Below are positions 8,829-18,760 of a DNA stretch of 64,000 nt, piece after piece; position 1 is the first letter of the stretch, and every line of letters starts with the position of its first letter. The stretch is from an uncultured delta proteobacterium (GTDB lineage Bacteria > Myxococcota > Myxococcia > Myxococcales > Anaeromyxobacteraceae). The stretch spans positions 96,001 to 160,000 of the forward strand of contig CAWJSR010000003.1 of the NCBI GenBank assembly GCA_963845515.1, written 5' to 3'. The position numbers were made by a program, and so were the translations under genes. The notes under the pieces are model-generated. The model saw nothing but the letters and a program-made list of their open reading frames with translations. It was not told where the DNA came from and ran no database searches.

Positions 8829-10001
8829 GTGGAGGGGGCGCGGGGCCACACGCGTCGCTGGGACCTCGACCAGGTCGTCGCCGTCGTGAGCGCGGTCGGG
8901 CTCGCCGCGGTCTTCGCCACGCTCCTCCTCGACCTCCGTGGCGGCGCAACGCGCGGAGTCAGGGCGGCCGAGATCGCCCAGCTGACGAACGTCGATGGGG
9001 CCGTGCGCTGCCGCGCCGCGGGAGCGCTCGTCTGGGAGACCGTCGGGACGGACCAGCCGCTCGCGGCCGGCGACGCCGTCTTCGTCCAGCCGGGCGGGTC
9101 CGCCACCATCGCCTTCCGCGCCGGCGCCCAGATCGAGCTGGAGGAGCGGTCGCTCGTCGTCGTCGAGCCCCCCGACGAGGAGGCCGACCGGGTCCGCGTG
9201 CTGGAGGGCGCGGTCGTCGCGGCCGCCGGCAGCCAGGGGCTCTCCGTCCAGACCAGGACCGGTCAGGCCGTCGTGGCACCGGGCGGTGCGGTGTCGGTCG
9301 AGGGCGGGGCTGGGCTCCAGCTCCTCGAGGGGCATGCCACCGTCGATGGCGAGGAGCGCGGCGCCAGCGCGGGCGTGGCGCTCGTGACACCGGCGCGGAG
9401 CTACCGGTTCTACATCCAGGAGTTCCCCGCCTCCGTCGCCCTTCGCTGGGACGGCGAGGCGGCGCGGACCTTCAGCCTCCAGGTGAGCCGCGAGCGCTCC
9501 TTCGCGGCGCCGGTCGCGACCGGCCCGGGCGCCGCCGGCCTCTTCGAGGTCGAGGTCGACGCCTCTGGCGCCTGGTACTGGCGGATCGTCGACGGGAACG
9601 GCGCGCCCGTCAGCGAGGTCCGCAAGTTCATGGCCATCGCCGATCGCCCGCCTCGCCCCTACTCTCCTGCGCCCGGTGAGATCGTCCTGGCGCCGCAGGG
9701 CGTGCAGGTGCCGTTCTGGTGGACCGCGGTGGCAGGGGCAGCCCGCTACCGCGTGGAGGTCGCGGCCGACGCCGCCTTCCGGCAGATCGCCTTCTCCGAG
9801 CCGGCCAACGGCCCGGGGCTGTGGGCCGCCCTGGACCTGACCGAGGGGATCTATTACTGGCGCGTCCGCGCCGAGCGTCCGCGCGAGACGGATCGCCTCT
9901 CGCCGCCGTCGGCCGGTGTCCCGTTCCGGTTGATCCGGCGGCCGGTGCTCGACGCGCCACAGCTCTTCGACGCCGCCATCGAGGAGGGCCATGCGCGCTA
10001 G
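8829..10001 (+). CDS. Membrane-anchored FecR-like domain protein with C-terminal Fn3/Ig-like domains
   Basis: N-terminal TM helix; FecR-like W...L-A-A-G-D-A-V...A-T-I-A-F...I-E-L-E-E-R-S-L; two W...Y/F-x-L/V-x-V...Y-W-R-I/V Fn3-like units. Start approximate. Confidence 0.7.
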   Translation: MEGARGHTRRWDLDQVVAVVSAVGLAAVFATLLLDLRGGATRGVRAAEIAQLTNVDGAVRCRAAGALVWETVGTDQPLAAGDAVFVQPGGSATIAFRAGAQIELEERSLVVVEPPDEEADRVRVLEGAVVAAAGSQGLSVQTRTGQAVVAPGGAVSVEGGAGLQLLEGHATVDGEERGASAGVALVTPARSYRFYIQEFPASVALRWDGEAARTFSLQVSRERSFAAPVATGPGAAGLFEVEVDASGAWYWRIVDGNGAPVSEVRKFMAIADRPPRPYSPAPGEIVLAPQGVQVPFWWTAVAGAARYRVEVAADAAFRQIAFSEPANGPGLWAALDLTEGIYYWRVRAERPRETDRLSPPSAGVPFRLIRRPVLDAPQLFDAAIEEGHAR

Positions 10002-10998
10002 CCAGGCCCTCCTCGCAGCCGCTCTCTGCGCCGGCGCCGTCCATGCCGCGCGGGGCGAGGAGCCCGCGGAGCGGGTGGTCCTGAGGTGGCAGTCAGTCCC
10101 CGGCGCCGCCGGGTACGACCTGCAGGTCGCCCTGGACGCGGGGTTCAGCAGCCGTGAGCTGGACTTGCGCGTGGAGCTCGCGGGCTACCGGATGGCCGCG
10201 TCAGGCGTGCGCCGCTACTGGCGAGTCCGGGCCGTCGACGCCGACGGACGCGCCGGACCGTGGAGCGCGTCGAAGACCATCGAGCCGCTCCAACGCGCGC
10301 CGGCGCGGGCCGACGGCCCCCGGACGGAGGCGGCGCCGGCGCCGGCGCTCCTCCATGTCCCCCCGCTCCCACCGGCCGCGGTCGAGGAGGCAGCGCCGCA
10401 GGCGGCCGTGGCGAATGCGCCGGCTGCGGTCGAGCCCGTCGCCGAGGCGGTCCGTCCCTTGGATCTCCGGGACGAAGGACTCGAGGGGATCAAGTTGTCG
10501 GGGGTGCTCCGCCACGGCCGCCCCGGCGCGATGGTGGGCTGGCGCACCAACCTGCTCGGCGTCACCGCGCCCTCCGTGGCGATCGAGGGGACCTGGCCGC
10601 TGCCCTGGCTCGGCGCCGCGTACTCCGCCGCGCTCCGCGCAGGCTGGTGGCGGGAGCGGGCGACCGTCCCCGACCTCGGCGGGCTCACCGCCGAGTTCGA
10701 AGCGACGGCCGACGTCCTGCCCATCGCCGCCATGGCGTTCGGGAGCTTCACCACGAGGTGGGCGCGGGCATACGCGGGGGCAGGGCCCGGAGTGGACCTG
10801 GTGATCGTCCGGGTCCCGAAGGAGGGGGCGCTGGAGGCGAGCCCCACGATCGGTGCCGTCGCGGGAGCGGGTAGGCGCCTGGGGCCGGGCGAGGCCTTCG
10901 CGGAGCTGGCCGGTGGCCTCGGCGGGGTCGACGGCCCCCTCGGCGCGGCTCCGAACCGGCGGAATCTCCCTCTCGGTGGGGTATCGTCTGACCGATGA
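9991..10998 (+). CDS. Exported protein: Fn3-like domain, Pro/Ala linker, probable outer-membrane beta-barrel (frameshift near 3' end)
   Basis: Signal peptide; LRWQSVPGAAGYDLQV...YWRVRAVD; alternating beta-strand C-half; barrel-like final strand RTGGISLSVGYRL lies in another frame after about 10945. Confidence 0.6.
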   Translation: MRASQALLAAALCAGAVHAARGEEPAERVVLRWQSVPGAAGYDLQVALDAGFSSRELDLRVELAGYRMAASGVRRYWRVRAVDADGRAGPWSASKTIEPLQRAPARADGPRTEAAPAPALLHVPPLPPAAVEEAAPQAAVANAPAAVEPVAEAVRPLDLRDEGLEGIKLSGVLRHGRPGAMVGWRTNLLGVTAPSVAIEGTWPLPWLGAAYSAALRAGWWRERATVPDLGGLTAEFEATADVLPIAAMAFGSFTTRWARAYAGAGPGVDLVIVRVPKEGALEASPTIGAVAGAGRRLGPGEAFAELAGGLGGVDGPLGAAPNRRNLPLGGVSSDR

Positions 10999-11650
10999 TC
11001 CGGCGCGCCGCCATGACCTTAGCCGCTCTCTTCGCGGCAGGCTGCACCTGGAGGGAGCCGCCCTCCATCGCCGTGGCGTCCGTCAACCCGGCGTCGACGA
11101 CCCGGGGCGTGATGACGATGGTCACGGTGACGGGTGAAGGGTTCGAGCCCAGCGTCTTCGTCGACTTCGACGATCCGGAGAGCTCCTCTGTGTGCGGCGG
11201 CTATCGGGTCGAGCTTCGCGCGGCCGGAAGGACGCCCGTGGCGCTCCGGATGCGACGGATCGTGTCCTCCACCGAGGTGCGCGGCCGGATGCATCGGGGA
11301 CGTGGGAAAGGCGCGTGGGACGTCGTCGTCATCGACCCCGAGGGGCGTGGAGGCTGCGCTGACCGGAGCGCTCGAACGTCAGCTGCAACTGCTCGCCCTC
11401 GAACACTCCCTGCGACGACCGGAGCCCTGCACCTTCGACGCGGACCTCGGCGACTCCGACAGGTGCAAGCGGCAGCTCCTTCTGCGAAGGCATGAGCCAC
11501 CTGCCCGACGACACCTCCTGCGCGTTCGCATGCGCCGCCGGAGGTACGGTGCCCGGGACCTGCCGCGCCGGCGTGTGTGTCCCCGCCGCGGGGCAGTGTG
11601 AGCCACCGCCCGCTGCACCCCTGAGTGGAGCGAGGAGCGCCCCGCGATGA
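10995..11650 (+). CDS. Lipoprotein with IPT/Ig-like domain and Cys-rich C-terminus (several frameshifts)
   Basis: Lipobox FAAGC; ASVNP...VTVTGEGF...WDVVVIDPEG; Cys-rich fragments split across frames; last fragment ends at TGA 11648-11650, overlapping the kinase ATG. Confidence 0.55.
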
Positions 11651-13407
11651 TCCACTCCATCCGAACGCAGATCCTGGTGCTCCTCGCGGGCGTCCTGCTC
11701 GCCGGGCTGGTCACCTGGTTCGCGCTCGCCAACCGGCTCTTCACGCGCGATCGGCTCGCCTACACCTACGACCTCACCTCGTCGCTCGCCACGACCGTCT
11801 CGGAGCAGCTTCGGGAGAGCCTCGGGAGCCGGGTCGACAAGCTCCTCTACTTCGCGGCGGCCGCCTCGGGGGGAGATCCGCTGAAGCAGGCACGGCTGCT
11901 CGTCGAGTCGGATCCGGACCTCATCGGCGTGGAGCTGTGGCGGAGCCACGGCGGGCGGTTCGAGCGTGAGGTCGCCTGGACGGACCCCGCGCGGCTCGAC
12001 GCAGCCGATCTCGCGCGCGAGGACGTGGACGAGGCGCGCCGCACCGCCCCCGTCGCGTTCGAGGCGCTCGCGTCCGAGGGGCCCCAGCTCCAGAACGCCA
12101 GCCTCCCGCCCGACGTCCCGCTGCTGACGCTCGCCGCGGTGAGCCCCGGGGGCGAGACCGCCGTCGTGGCGATCCTGAAGCCGGACCGGCTGCTCCGGAT
12201 CTTCGCCCGCTCCGCCGCCTACCGCGTCTACCTGGTGGACGGCCGCGGCCGGGTGGTGGTCCATCCGGATCCTGCGCGGGTGGTCGGGCGCGCCGACGTC
12301 AGCGCGTCGCAGGTGGTCCACCAGGCCACGCGCGGTCCGGTGGCGCGCGCGGTCCGGGACTTCGAGGGGCCGGAGGGCGCGGTCATAGGCGCCTTCGCCC
12401 GCGTCGGGCTCGGGCGGCTCGCCGTGATCGCCGAGGTCCCGAGGGCGGAGGCGCTCCGCGCGGGACGCGAGCTGGGACGGCGCACGGTGCTGCTCGGCCT
12501 CGGCATCCTCTTCGTCGGCATCCTCGCGAGCTACTTCGTCGGCCGGCGCATCACGGCGCCGCTGCGCCACCTGGAGCGGGCCGCGCAGCGGATCGGCGCC
12601 GGCGAGCTCGGGACCCAGGTCGAGGTGGAGGGGCGAGGCGAGACGGCGGAGCTGGCCACCGCCTTCAACCGGATGAGCGCCGAGCTCGCCGACCGCGAGG
12701 CGCGCCTCTCCGAGGCCCACACGCAGATCTCCCGCGCCGACAAGCTCTCCGCGGTCGGCGAGCTCGCGGCGAGCATCGCCCACGAGGTGAAGAACCCGGT
12801 GACCGCCGTCGTCGGCTACGCGCAGCTCGGGCTGGAGACCCGGACGATCGCGGAGGCGCACGAGCTCTTCGCGCTGGTGGAGAGGCAGGGCTGGCGCGCG
12901 GGTGAGGTGCTCCAGAGCCTGCTGGAGTTCACGCGGCGCGAGCCCACGTCGGCCGAGCCGGTCGAGCCGTCGGAGCTCGCGGCGGAGACGGTCCGTCTCC
13001 TGCTGCATCCCCTCAGGATGCGGGGGGTCACCTTGCGGAGCGAGCTGCCGGAGGGGCTCCCCAGGGTCCTCGCCCACGCGGGCGAGCTTCAGCAGGTGAT
13101 GGTGAACCTGGTCATGAACGCCGCCGACGCGATGGACGGGCGCGAGTCCCGGATCGTGACGCTCGGCGGCGCGGCGGAGCGCGACAGGGTGCTCCTCTTC
13201 GTGCGCGACACCGGCGCTGGAGTCCCGCCCGAGCTGCGCGAGAAGATCTTCCAGCCCTTCTTCACCACCAAGAAGGGGCGGGACGGCACCGGGCTCGGGC
13301 TCTCGGTCAGCCAGCGGATCGTGAAGGACCTCGGTGGGGAGATCCTGGTCGAGAGCGTCGTGGGCGAGGGGTCGACCTTCACCGTCGTGCTGCCGGCCAT
13401 GAGCTGA
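11647..13407 (+). CDS. Membrane sensor histidine kinase (Cache-like, HAMP, HisKA, HATPase)
   Basis: Two TM helices, HAMP (ITAPLRHL...ELATAFNRM), H-box AHEVKNP, N-box NLVMNA, DTGAG, FFTTK, GTGLGL. Confidence 0.95.
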   Translation: MIHSIRTQILVLLAGVLLAGLVTWFALANRLFTRDRLAYTYDLTSSLATTVSEQLRESLGSRVDKLLYFAAAASGGDPLKQARLLVESDPDLIGVELWRSHGGRFEREVAWTDPARLDAADLAREDVDEARRTAPVAFEALASEGPQLQNASLPPDVPLLTLAAVSPGGETAVVAILKPDRLLRIFARSAAYRVYLVDGRGRVVVHPDPARVVGRADVSASQVVHQATRGPVARAVRDFEGPEGAVIGAFARVGLGRLAVIAEVPRAEALRAGRELGRRTVLLGLGILFVGILASYFVGRRITAPLRHLERAAQRIGAGELGTQVEVEGRGETAELATAFNRMSAELADREARLSEAHTQISRADKLSAVGELAASIAHEVKNPVTAVVGYAQLGLETRTIAEAHELFALVERQGWRAGEVLQSLLEFTRREPTSAEPVEPSELAAETVRLLLHPLRMRGVTLRSELPEGLPRVLAHAGELQQVMVNLVMNAADAMDGRESRIVTLGGAAERDRVLLFVRDTGAGVPPELREKIFQPFFTTKKGRDGTGLGLSVSQRIVKDLGGEILVESVVGEGSTFTVVLPAMS

Positions 13408-13443
13408 GCCGCGCCGAACGCGCGGTCGGAGCGGTGATGGGGC

Positions 13444-13923
13444 TCACCTCGTGGCGGCGTCGACTGGCGTCGCCCGCAGGACCCGGGTGAGCTCCCCCGG
13501 CGCGATCCCGACCAGGAAGCCGCGCGAGCCGCCGTTCACGTAGATCTTCGGCAGCGCGAGGATCGTCCGCTCGACGTAGACCGGCATCGCCTTCCGGGTC
13601 CCGAACGGGCTCGTCCCGCCCACCTGGTATCCCGAGTGGCGGTTGGCCACCTCCGGACGGCAGATCTGGATGCTCTTCCTGCCGAGCTGGCGCGCCAGCG
13701 CCTTGGTCGAGACCTCGCGATCGCCGTGCATCAGCACGATGAGCGGCGCGCCGGCGTCGTCCTCGAAGACGAGCGTCTTGACGACCGCGTGCTCGTCCAC
13801 CCCGAGCTCACGTGACGAGGTGGCCGTGCCGCCCTTCTCCTCGTAGCGGTAGGGGTGCTCGGTGAAGGGCACGCCCTGCTCGCGCAGGAGCCGTACGGCG
13901 GGTGTGGAAGGTGTGCTGGACAT
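13444..13923 (-). CDS. ybaK: Cys-tRNA(Pro) deacylase
   Basis: STPAVRLL, VVKTLV, SGYQVGGTSPFG, NGGSRG. Confidence 0.9.
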   Translation of the reverse strand: MSSTPSTPAVRLLREQGVPFTEHPYRYEEKGGTATSSRELGVDEHAVVKTLVFEDDAGAPLIVLMHGDREVSTKALARQLGRKSIQICRPEVANRHSGYQVGGTSPFGTRKAMPVYVERTILALPKIYVNGGSRGFLVGIAPGELTRVLRATPVDAATR

Positions 13924-14022
13924 GTCGTGGATCCGCTCCGAATGGGCGTGCGGCGCGCCGGGCCGGTCGAGGGAGGATAAGATGCTCCGGTCGCCCTCCG
14001 CCGGGCAGGGAGCAAGCTCCAT

Positions 14023-16545
14023 ATGGTACCCCCGAAGAAGGCCGTCGCACCCGCCGTCGCAGAGGCTCGCGCCCTCGAGCGCGCCCGCGACGTGCCCAGT
14101 GCGCGCTCCGCGAGCGATCCAGACACGCTCAAGCGGGCCTTCGCCGACCACCTCCACTACTCGCAGGCGAAGGACGAGCACAGCGCCACCGCCCTGGACC
14201 GCTTCTTCGCCGTCGCGTACTCGGTCCGCGACCGGATGATGCACCGGTGGATCCAGACGCAGCAGGCCTACTACAAGGCGGACGCGAAGCGGGTCTACTA
14301 CCTCTCGCTTGAGTTCCTGATGGGCAGGTCGCTCGAGAACAACCTCATCAACCTCGGCCTGCACGACGCCATGCGGGCGGCCCTCTCGGACCTGGGGCTC
14401 GACCTCTCCGATCTCCTGGAGCAGGAGCCGGACGCCGGCCTCGGCAACGGCGGCCTCGGGCGGCTGGCGGCCTGCTTCCTGGACTCGATGGCCTCGCTCG
14501 CGCTGCCGGCCTACGGCTACGGCATCCGGTACGAGTTCGGGATCTTCGACCAGGAGATCCGGAGGGGCTACCAGATCGAGCGGCCGGAGGAGTGGCTCCG
14601 CTTCGGCAACGCGTGGGAGATCCCCCGGCCCGAGTACGTGGTGCCGGTGAAGCTCTACGGCAGGACCGAGCACTTCACGGACGAGCGGGGGAAGCACCGG
14701 GTCCGCTGGGTGGACGCGCGCCGCCTCCTCGGCATGCCGTACGACATCCCGATCGCCGGCTACCGGAACGGCACCGTCAACACCCTGCGGCTCTGGCGCG
14801 CGCGGGCCTCGGAGGAGCTGGACCTCGCCGACTTCAACGCCGGCGACTACATGCGGGCGGTGGAGGAGAAGAACCTCACCGAGAACATCTCGAAGGTCCT
14901 CTACCCCAACGACCTGACGGTGATGGGCAAGGAGCTGCGGCTCCAGCAGCAGTACTTCTTCGTCGCCTGCTCGATCCACGACGTCGTCAACCGCCACCTC
15001 AAGATGCACGACGGCTTCGGCGGCTTCCCCGACAAGGTCGCGCTGCAGCTCAACGACACGCATCCGGCCGTGGCCGTCGCGGAGCTGATGCGGATCCTGG
15101 TGGACGACCACGAGCTGGAGTGGGAAGAGGCCTGGGAGATCTCCCACGCCACCATCGGCTACACCAACCACACGCTCATGCCGGAGGCGCTGGAGCGCTG
15201 GTCGGTGGACCTCTTCGGTCGGGTCCTGCCCCGCCACCTCGAGATCGTCCTCGAGGTGAACCGGCGGTTCATCGAGGGGGTCCGGGCGGGGAAGAAGGTG
15301 GACGAGGCGGCGGTGAAGCGCATGAGCGTCATCGAGGAGGGGCCGGTCAAGCAGGTCCGGATGGCCAACCTGGCGGTCATCGGGTCCAGCTCGGTGAACG
15401 GCGTCGCCGCGCTCCACACCCAGCTCCTCAAGCGCGAGCTGTTCCGCGACTTCAACGCGCTCTGGCCGGAGCGCTTCAACAACAAGACGAACGGCGTCAC
15501 GCCGCGCCGCTGGGTCCTGGCGGCCAACCCCGAGCTGGCCCGGGCGATCACCGACGCGATCGGGCCGGAGTGGGTCACCGACGCCGAGCAGCTTCGCAGG
15601 CTCGAGCCGCTCGCCGCAGACACCGGCTTCCGGCGGCTCTTCCGCCGGATCAAGCGCGAGAACAAGGAGCGGCTGGCGGCGATCATCAGGGCCGACAACG
15701 GCGTCTCGGTGGACGTGGACTCGATCTTCGACGTCCAGGTGAAGCGGATCCACGAGTACAAGCGCCAGCTCCTCAACGCGCTCCGGGTCGCCGGCGAGTA
15801 CCTCCGGATGAAGGCCGATCCGACCTACCGCCCGTACCCGCGCACCTATCTCTTCGGGGGCAAGGCGGCCCCGGGCTACGCGGCGGCGAAGCTGATCATC
15901 AAGCTCGTCAACTCGATCTCCGACGTCGTCAACGCCGACGTCGACGTCCGCGGCCACATCTCCGTCGTCTTCCTGCGGAACTACCGGGTGTCCCTCGCCG
16001 AGCGGGTCTTCCCCGCGGCGGACGTCTCCGAGCAGATCTCGACCGCCGGGACCGAGGCCTCCGGGACCGGGAACATGAAGTTCGCGCTCAACGGCGCGCT
16101 CACGCTCGGGACGCTCGACGGCGCAAACGTCGAGATCAGGGAGGCCGTGGGGGCGGAGAACTTCTTCCTCTTCGGCCTGACGGTCGAGGAGGTGGCCGCC
16201 CTCCGCGCGCGCGGCTACGACCCGCGCGAGCGCTACGAAGCGGACCGGACGCTCAAGGGCGTGATCGACGCGATCGGGTCGGGGGTCTTCTCCCCCGACG
16301 AGCCGGGCCTCTTCCGCCCCATCGTCGACTCGCTCCTCTCGGCCGACCGCTACCTGGTCCTCGCCGACTACGCCGCCTACTGCGCGGCGCAGAGCGAGCT
16401 GGCCCTCGCCTACCAGGACCCCGAACGCTGGACGCGGATGGCCATCCTGAACGTCGCGCGGTCGGGCCAGTTCTCGTCCGACCGGACGATCCGGCAGTAC
16501 GCCGAGGAGATCTGGCACGTGCGGCCGATCCCGGTCGAGACGTGA
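14023..16545 (+). CDS. glgP: Glycogen/starch/alpha-glucan phosphorylase
   Basis: LGNGGLGRLAACFLDS, QLNDTHP, YTNHT, KRIHEYKRQ, PLP motif EASGTGNMK. Confidence 0.97.
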   Translation: MVPPKKAVAPAVAEARALERARDVPSARSASDPDTLKRAFADHLHYSQAKDEHSATALDRFFAVAYSVRDRMMHRWIQTQQAYYKADAKRVYYLSLEFLMGRSLENNLINLGLHDAMRAALSDLGLDLSDLLEQEPDAGLGNGGLGRLAACFLDSMASLALPAYGYGIRYEFGIFDQEIRRGYQIERPEEWLRFGNAWEIPRPEYVVPVKLYGRTEHFTDERGKHRVRWVDARRLLGMPYDIPIAGYRNGTVNTLRLWRARASEELDLADFNAGDYMRAVEEKNLTENISKVLYPNDLTVMGKELRLQQQYFFVACSIHDVVNRHLKMHDGFGGFPDKVALQLNDTHPAVAVAELMRILVDDHELEWEEAWEISHATIGYTNHTLMPEALERWSVDLFGRVLPRHLEIVLEVNRRFIEGVRAGKKVDEAAVKRMSVIEEGPVKQVRMANLAVIGSSSVNGVAALHTQLLKRELFRDFNALWPERFNNKTNGVTPRRWVLAANPELARAITDAIGPEWVTDAEQLRRLEPLAADTGFRRLFRRIKRENKERLAAIIRADNGVSVDVDSIFDVQVKRIHEYKRQLLNALRVAGEYLRMKADPTYRPYPRTYLFGGKAAPGYAAAKLIIKLVNSISDVVNADVDVRGHISVVFLRNYRVSLAERVFPAADVSEQISTAGTEASGTGNMKFALNGALTLGTLDGANVEIREAVGAENFFLFGLTVEEVAALRARGYDPRERYEADRTLKGVIDAIGSGVFSPDEPGLFRPIVDSLLSADRYLVLADYAAYCAAQSELALAYQDPERWTRMAILNVARSGQFSSDRTIRQYAEEIWHVRPIPVET

Positions 16546-16628
16546 TCGCCACTCCCACGGCCCCTCGAGGAATGCGCAGCGCTCCTCGCCAGTTGGACCT
16601 AGCGCCTCCGCACGAAAGGACTCCGCAC

Positions 16629-17213
16629 ATGACCCTCCGCCAGACCCTCCTCGCCGCAGCGTCGATCCCGCTCCTGGCCGCCTGCGGCGTCCAGTCGATC
16701 CCCCGCGCCGACAACGCGGTCACCGCAGCCTGGGCGGAGGTGGAGAACCAGTACCAGCGCCGCGCCGACCTCGTGCCGAACCTGGTCGAGACGGTGAAGG
16801 GAGCGGCCGCGCACGAGCGCGAGACGCTGGAGGCCGTCGTCGCCGCGCGAGCCCGCGCGACCTCGATCCAGCTCTCGGCGAACGACCTGACGCCGGAGAA
16901 CCTCAAGAAGTTCGAGGCGGCGCAGGGTGAGCTGCGCAGCGCCCTCGGGCGGCTGCTGGCCGTGGCGGAGAGCTACCCGCAGCTGAGGGCCAACGAGAAC
17001 TTCCGGGACCTGCAGGCCCAGCTGGAGGGGACGGAGAACCGCATCACCACGGCCCGGCGCAGGTTCATCGAGGCGGTCAACGCGTTCAACGACCTCGTGT
17101 CCGTGCCGCCGACCAGCTGGACCAACTCGATGATGTACCACAAGCAGCCGAAGCCCCAGTTCCAGGCGACGACGCCGGACGCCGCCAAGCCGCCCAAGGT
17201 CGAGTTCAAGTGA
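16629..17213 (+). CDS. lemA: LemA family lipoprotein
   Basis: AAWAEVENQYQRRADLVPNLVETVKG, ESYPQLRANENF, LEGTENRI; lipobox LAAC. Confidence 0.93.
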   Translation: MTLRQTLLAAASIPLLAACGVQSIPRADNAVTAAWAEVENQYQRRADLVPNLVETVKGAAAHERETLEAVVAARARATSIQLSANDLTPENLKKFEAAQGELRSALGRLLAVAESYPQLRANENFRDLQAQLEGTENRITTARRRFIEAVNAFNDLVSVPPTSWTNSMMYHKQPKPQFQATTPDAAKPPKVEFK

Positions 17214-17240
17214 CCCGAGGTGTTCACCCAAAGGAACATC

Positions 17241-17338
17241 CCCTCTCCCCACCGGGGGACTGAGCATTCAACGCATTTGCGCGCCTTGGGGATGCACCTC
17301 TCCCCCGCCCCCGCGGGGGAGAGGCTGGGTGAGGGGGC
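17241..17338. repeat. Composite BoxC-like palindromic repeat (copy B)
   Basis: 17288-17338 is identical over 51 bp to 27738-27788; preceded by a half-hairpin and CTGAGCATTCAACGCAT. Confidence 0.88.
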
Positions 17339-18070
17339 TGCTTCCCATCGCCATCGCCCTCTTCATCGCGGCGCTCCCGGCCGCTCTCCCACGCCGCCAT
17401 CCCCGTCCCCTCCCTCACCGGTCCGGTCGTCGACGAGGCCGGCCTCCTCGACGCGGGCTCGCGGCGGAGGATCGAGGCGCTCTCCCGCGCCGCGCTCGCG
17501 CAGGAGAGCGGGCGCGGCGTCCAGCTCCAGTACCTCGTCGTGAGGACGCTCGACGGTGAGGCGATCGAGGACTTCTCGATGCGCGTCGCCGAGGTGTGGA
17601 AGCTCGGGACCAGCGCTGGGGACAACGGCGTCCTCGTCACCGTCGCCAGCGAGGATCGGCAGGTCCGGATCGAGGTCGGGCAGGGAGTGGAAGGCGGGCT
17701 GACCGACGTCCAGTCCTCCCGCATCATCAGGAACACGATCACTCCCGCCTTTCGCGCGGGGCGCTTCGGCGACGGGCTCTACGACGCCGGGGTCGAGATC
17801 CTCTCGGCGCTCGGCGCGCTCCCGAAGGACGTGGCGCGCCACGCCGCCCGCGGCCGGCCGTCCCAGCGGCTGTCCGGGCTGGCGATGGTCGTCCTGGTGA
17901 TCCTCTCCATCGTCTTCCGCGTCATGTTCGGCGGGATGGGGTTGCGCCGCCGGAGCCACTTCGGTGGCTGGGGAGGGCCCTGGGGCGGCGGCGGGTTCGG
18001 CGGCGGCGGCGGGAGCTGGGGCGGTGGCGGCGGCGGTTTCAGCGGTGGTGGCGCCTCGGGGCGCTGGTAG
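17329..18070 (+). CDS. TPM domain protein (YgcG-like) with Gly-rich tail; +1 frameshift near 17380
   Basis: Signal peptide in one frame, then IPVPSLTGPVVDEAGLL...DNGVLV...RIEVGQGVEGGLTD...GGGGGFSGGGASGRW in the next frame. Confidence 0.85.
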
Positions 18071-18079
18071 GAGGGGCCG

Positions 18080-18730
18080 ATGACGATCGAGAGCCAGTTC
18101 GGCCCAGACGCGCAGCAGCGGATCGCGGAGGCGATACGGCGAGCCGAGACGCTCTCCCGCGGCCAGATCGTGCCGGTGGTCGTCGAGAAGAGCGATCCCT
18201 ACTCGGAGGTCCGCTACCGCGGGGGGCTGCTGGCGGGCGCGATCGCGACCGGCGTGGCGCTCCTGATCCCGTATCCGCTCACGCTCGGTGAGCTGGCCCT
18301 CGTCCAGCTCGTGGCCGGGATCGTTGGCGCGCTCGCCTCGGCGTGGGACCCCCTCGAGCGCTTCTTCGCCGGCCGGCGCGCGCAGGAGCAGGCGGTGCAG
18401 GCGCGGGCGATGCGGGCCTTCGAGGAGCACGGCCTCGCGCGGACTGCGGAGGGGACTGGCGTCCTCGTCTTCGCCTCGCTCTTCGAGCACCGCGCCGTGA
18501 TCCTGGGCGACCACGGCATCCACGCGAAGATGAAGGACGCGACGAAGGACGAGTGGGAGAAGGCCCTCGCGGCGCTCACCGCCGGGATGAAGGCCGGCGA
18601 CACCGCCCGCGGCTTCGTCGACGCCATCGCCATCTGCGGTGCGCGGCTCGCCGAGCACTTCCCCCGCGACCCGTCGAAGCACCCGCCGCTCAACGAGCTG
18701 GAGGACGCGATCCGGGTGGAGCGGGGGTAG
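18080..18730 (+). CDS. TPM domain-containing membrane protein
   Basis: IAEAIRRAETLSRGQIV, TGVLVFASLFEH, GDHGI, NELED; third gene of the usual lemA-TPM-TPM trio. Confidence 0.88.
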   Translation: MTIESQFGPDAQQRIAEAIRRAETLSRGQIVPVVVEKSDPYSEVRYRGGLLAGAIATGVALLIPYPLTLGELALVQLVAGIVGALASAWDPLERFFAGRRAQEQAVQARAMRAFEEHGLARTAEGTGVLVFASLFEHRAVILGDHGIHAKMKDATKDEWEKALAALTAGMKAGDTARGFVDAIAICGARLAEHFPRDPSKHPPLNELEDAIRVERG

Positions 18731-18760
18731 GGCGCGGACCGGAGACGGCGGCGGCGCGGA

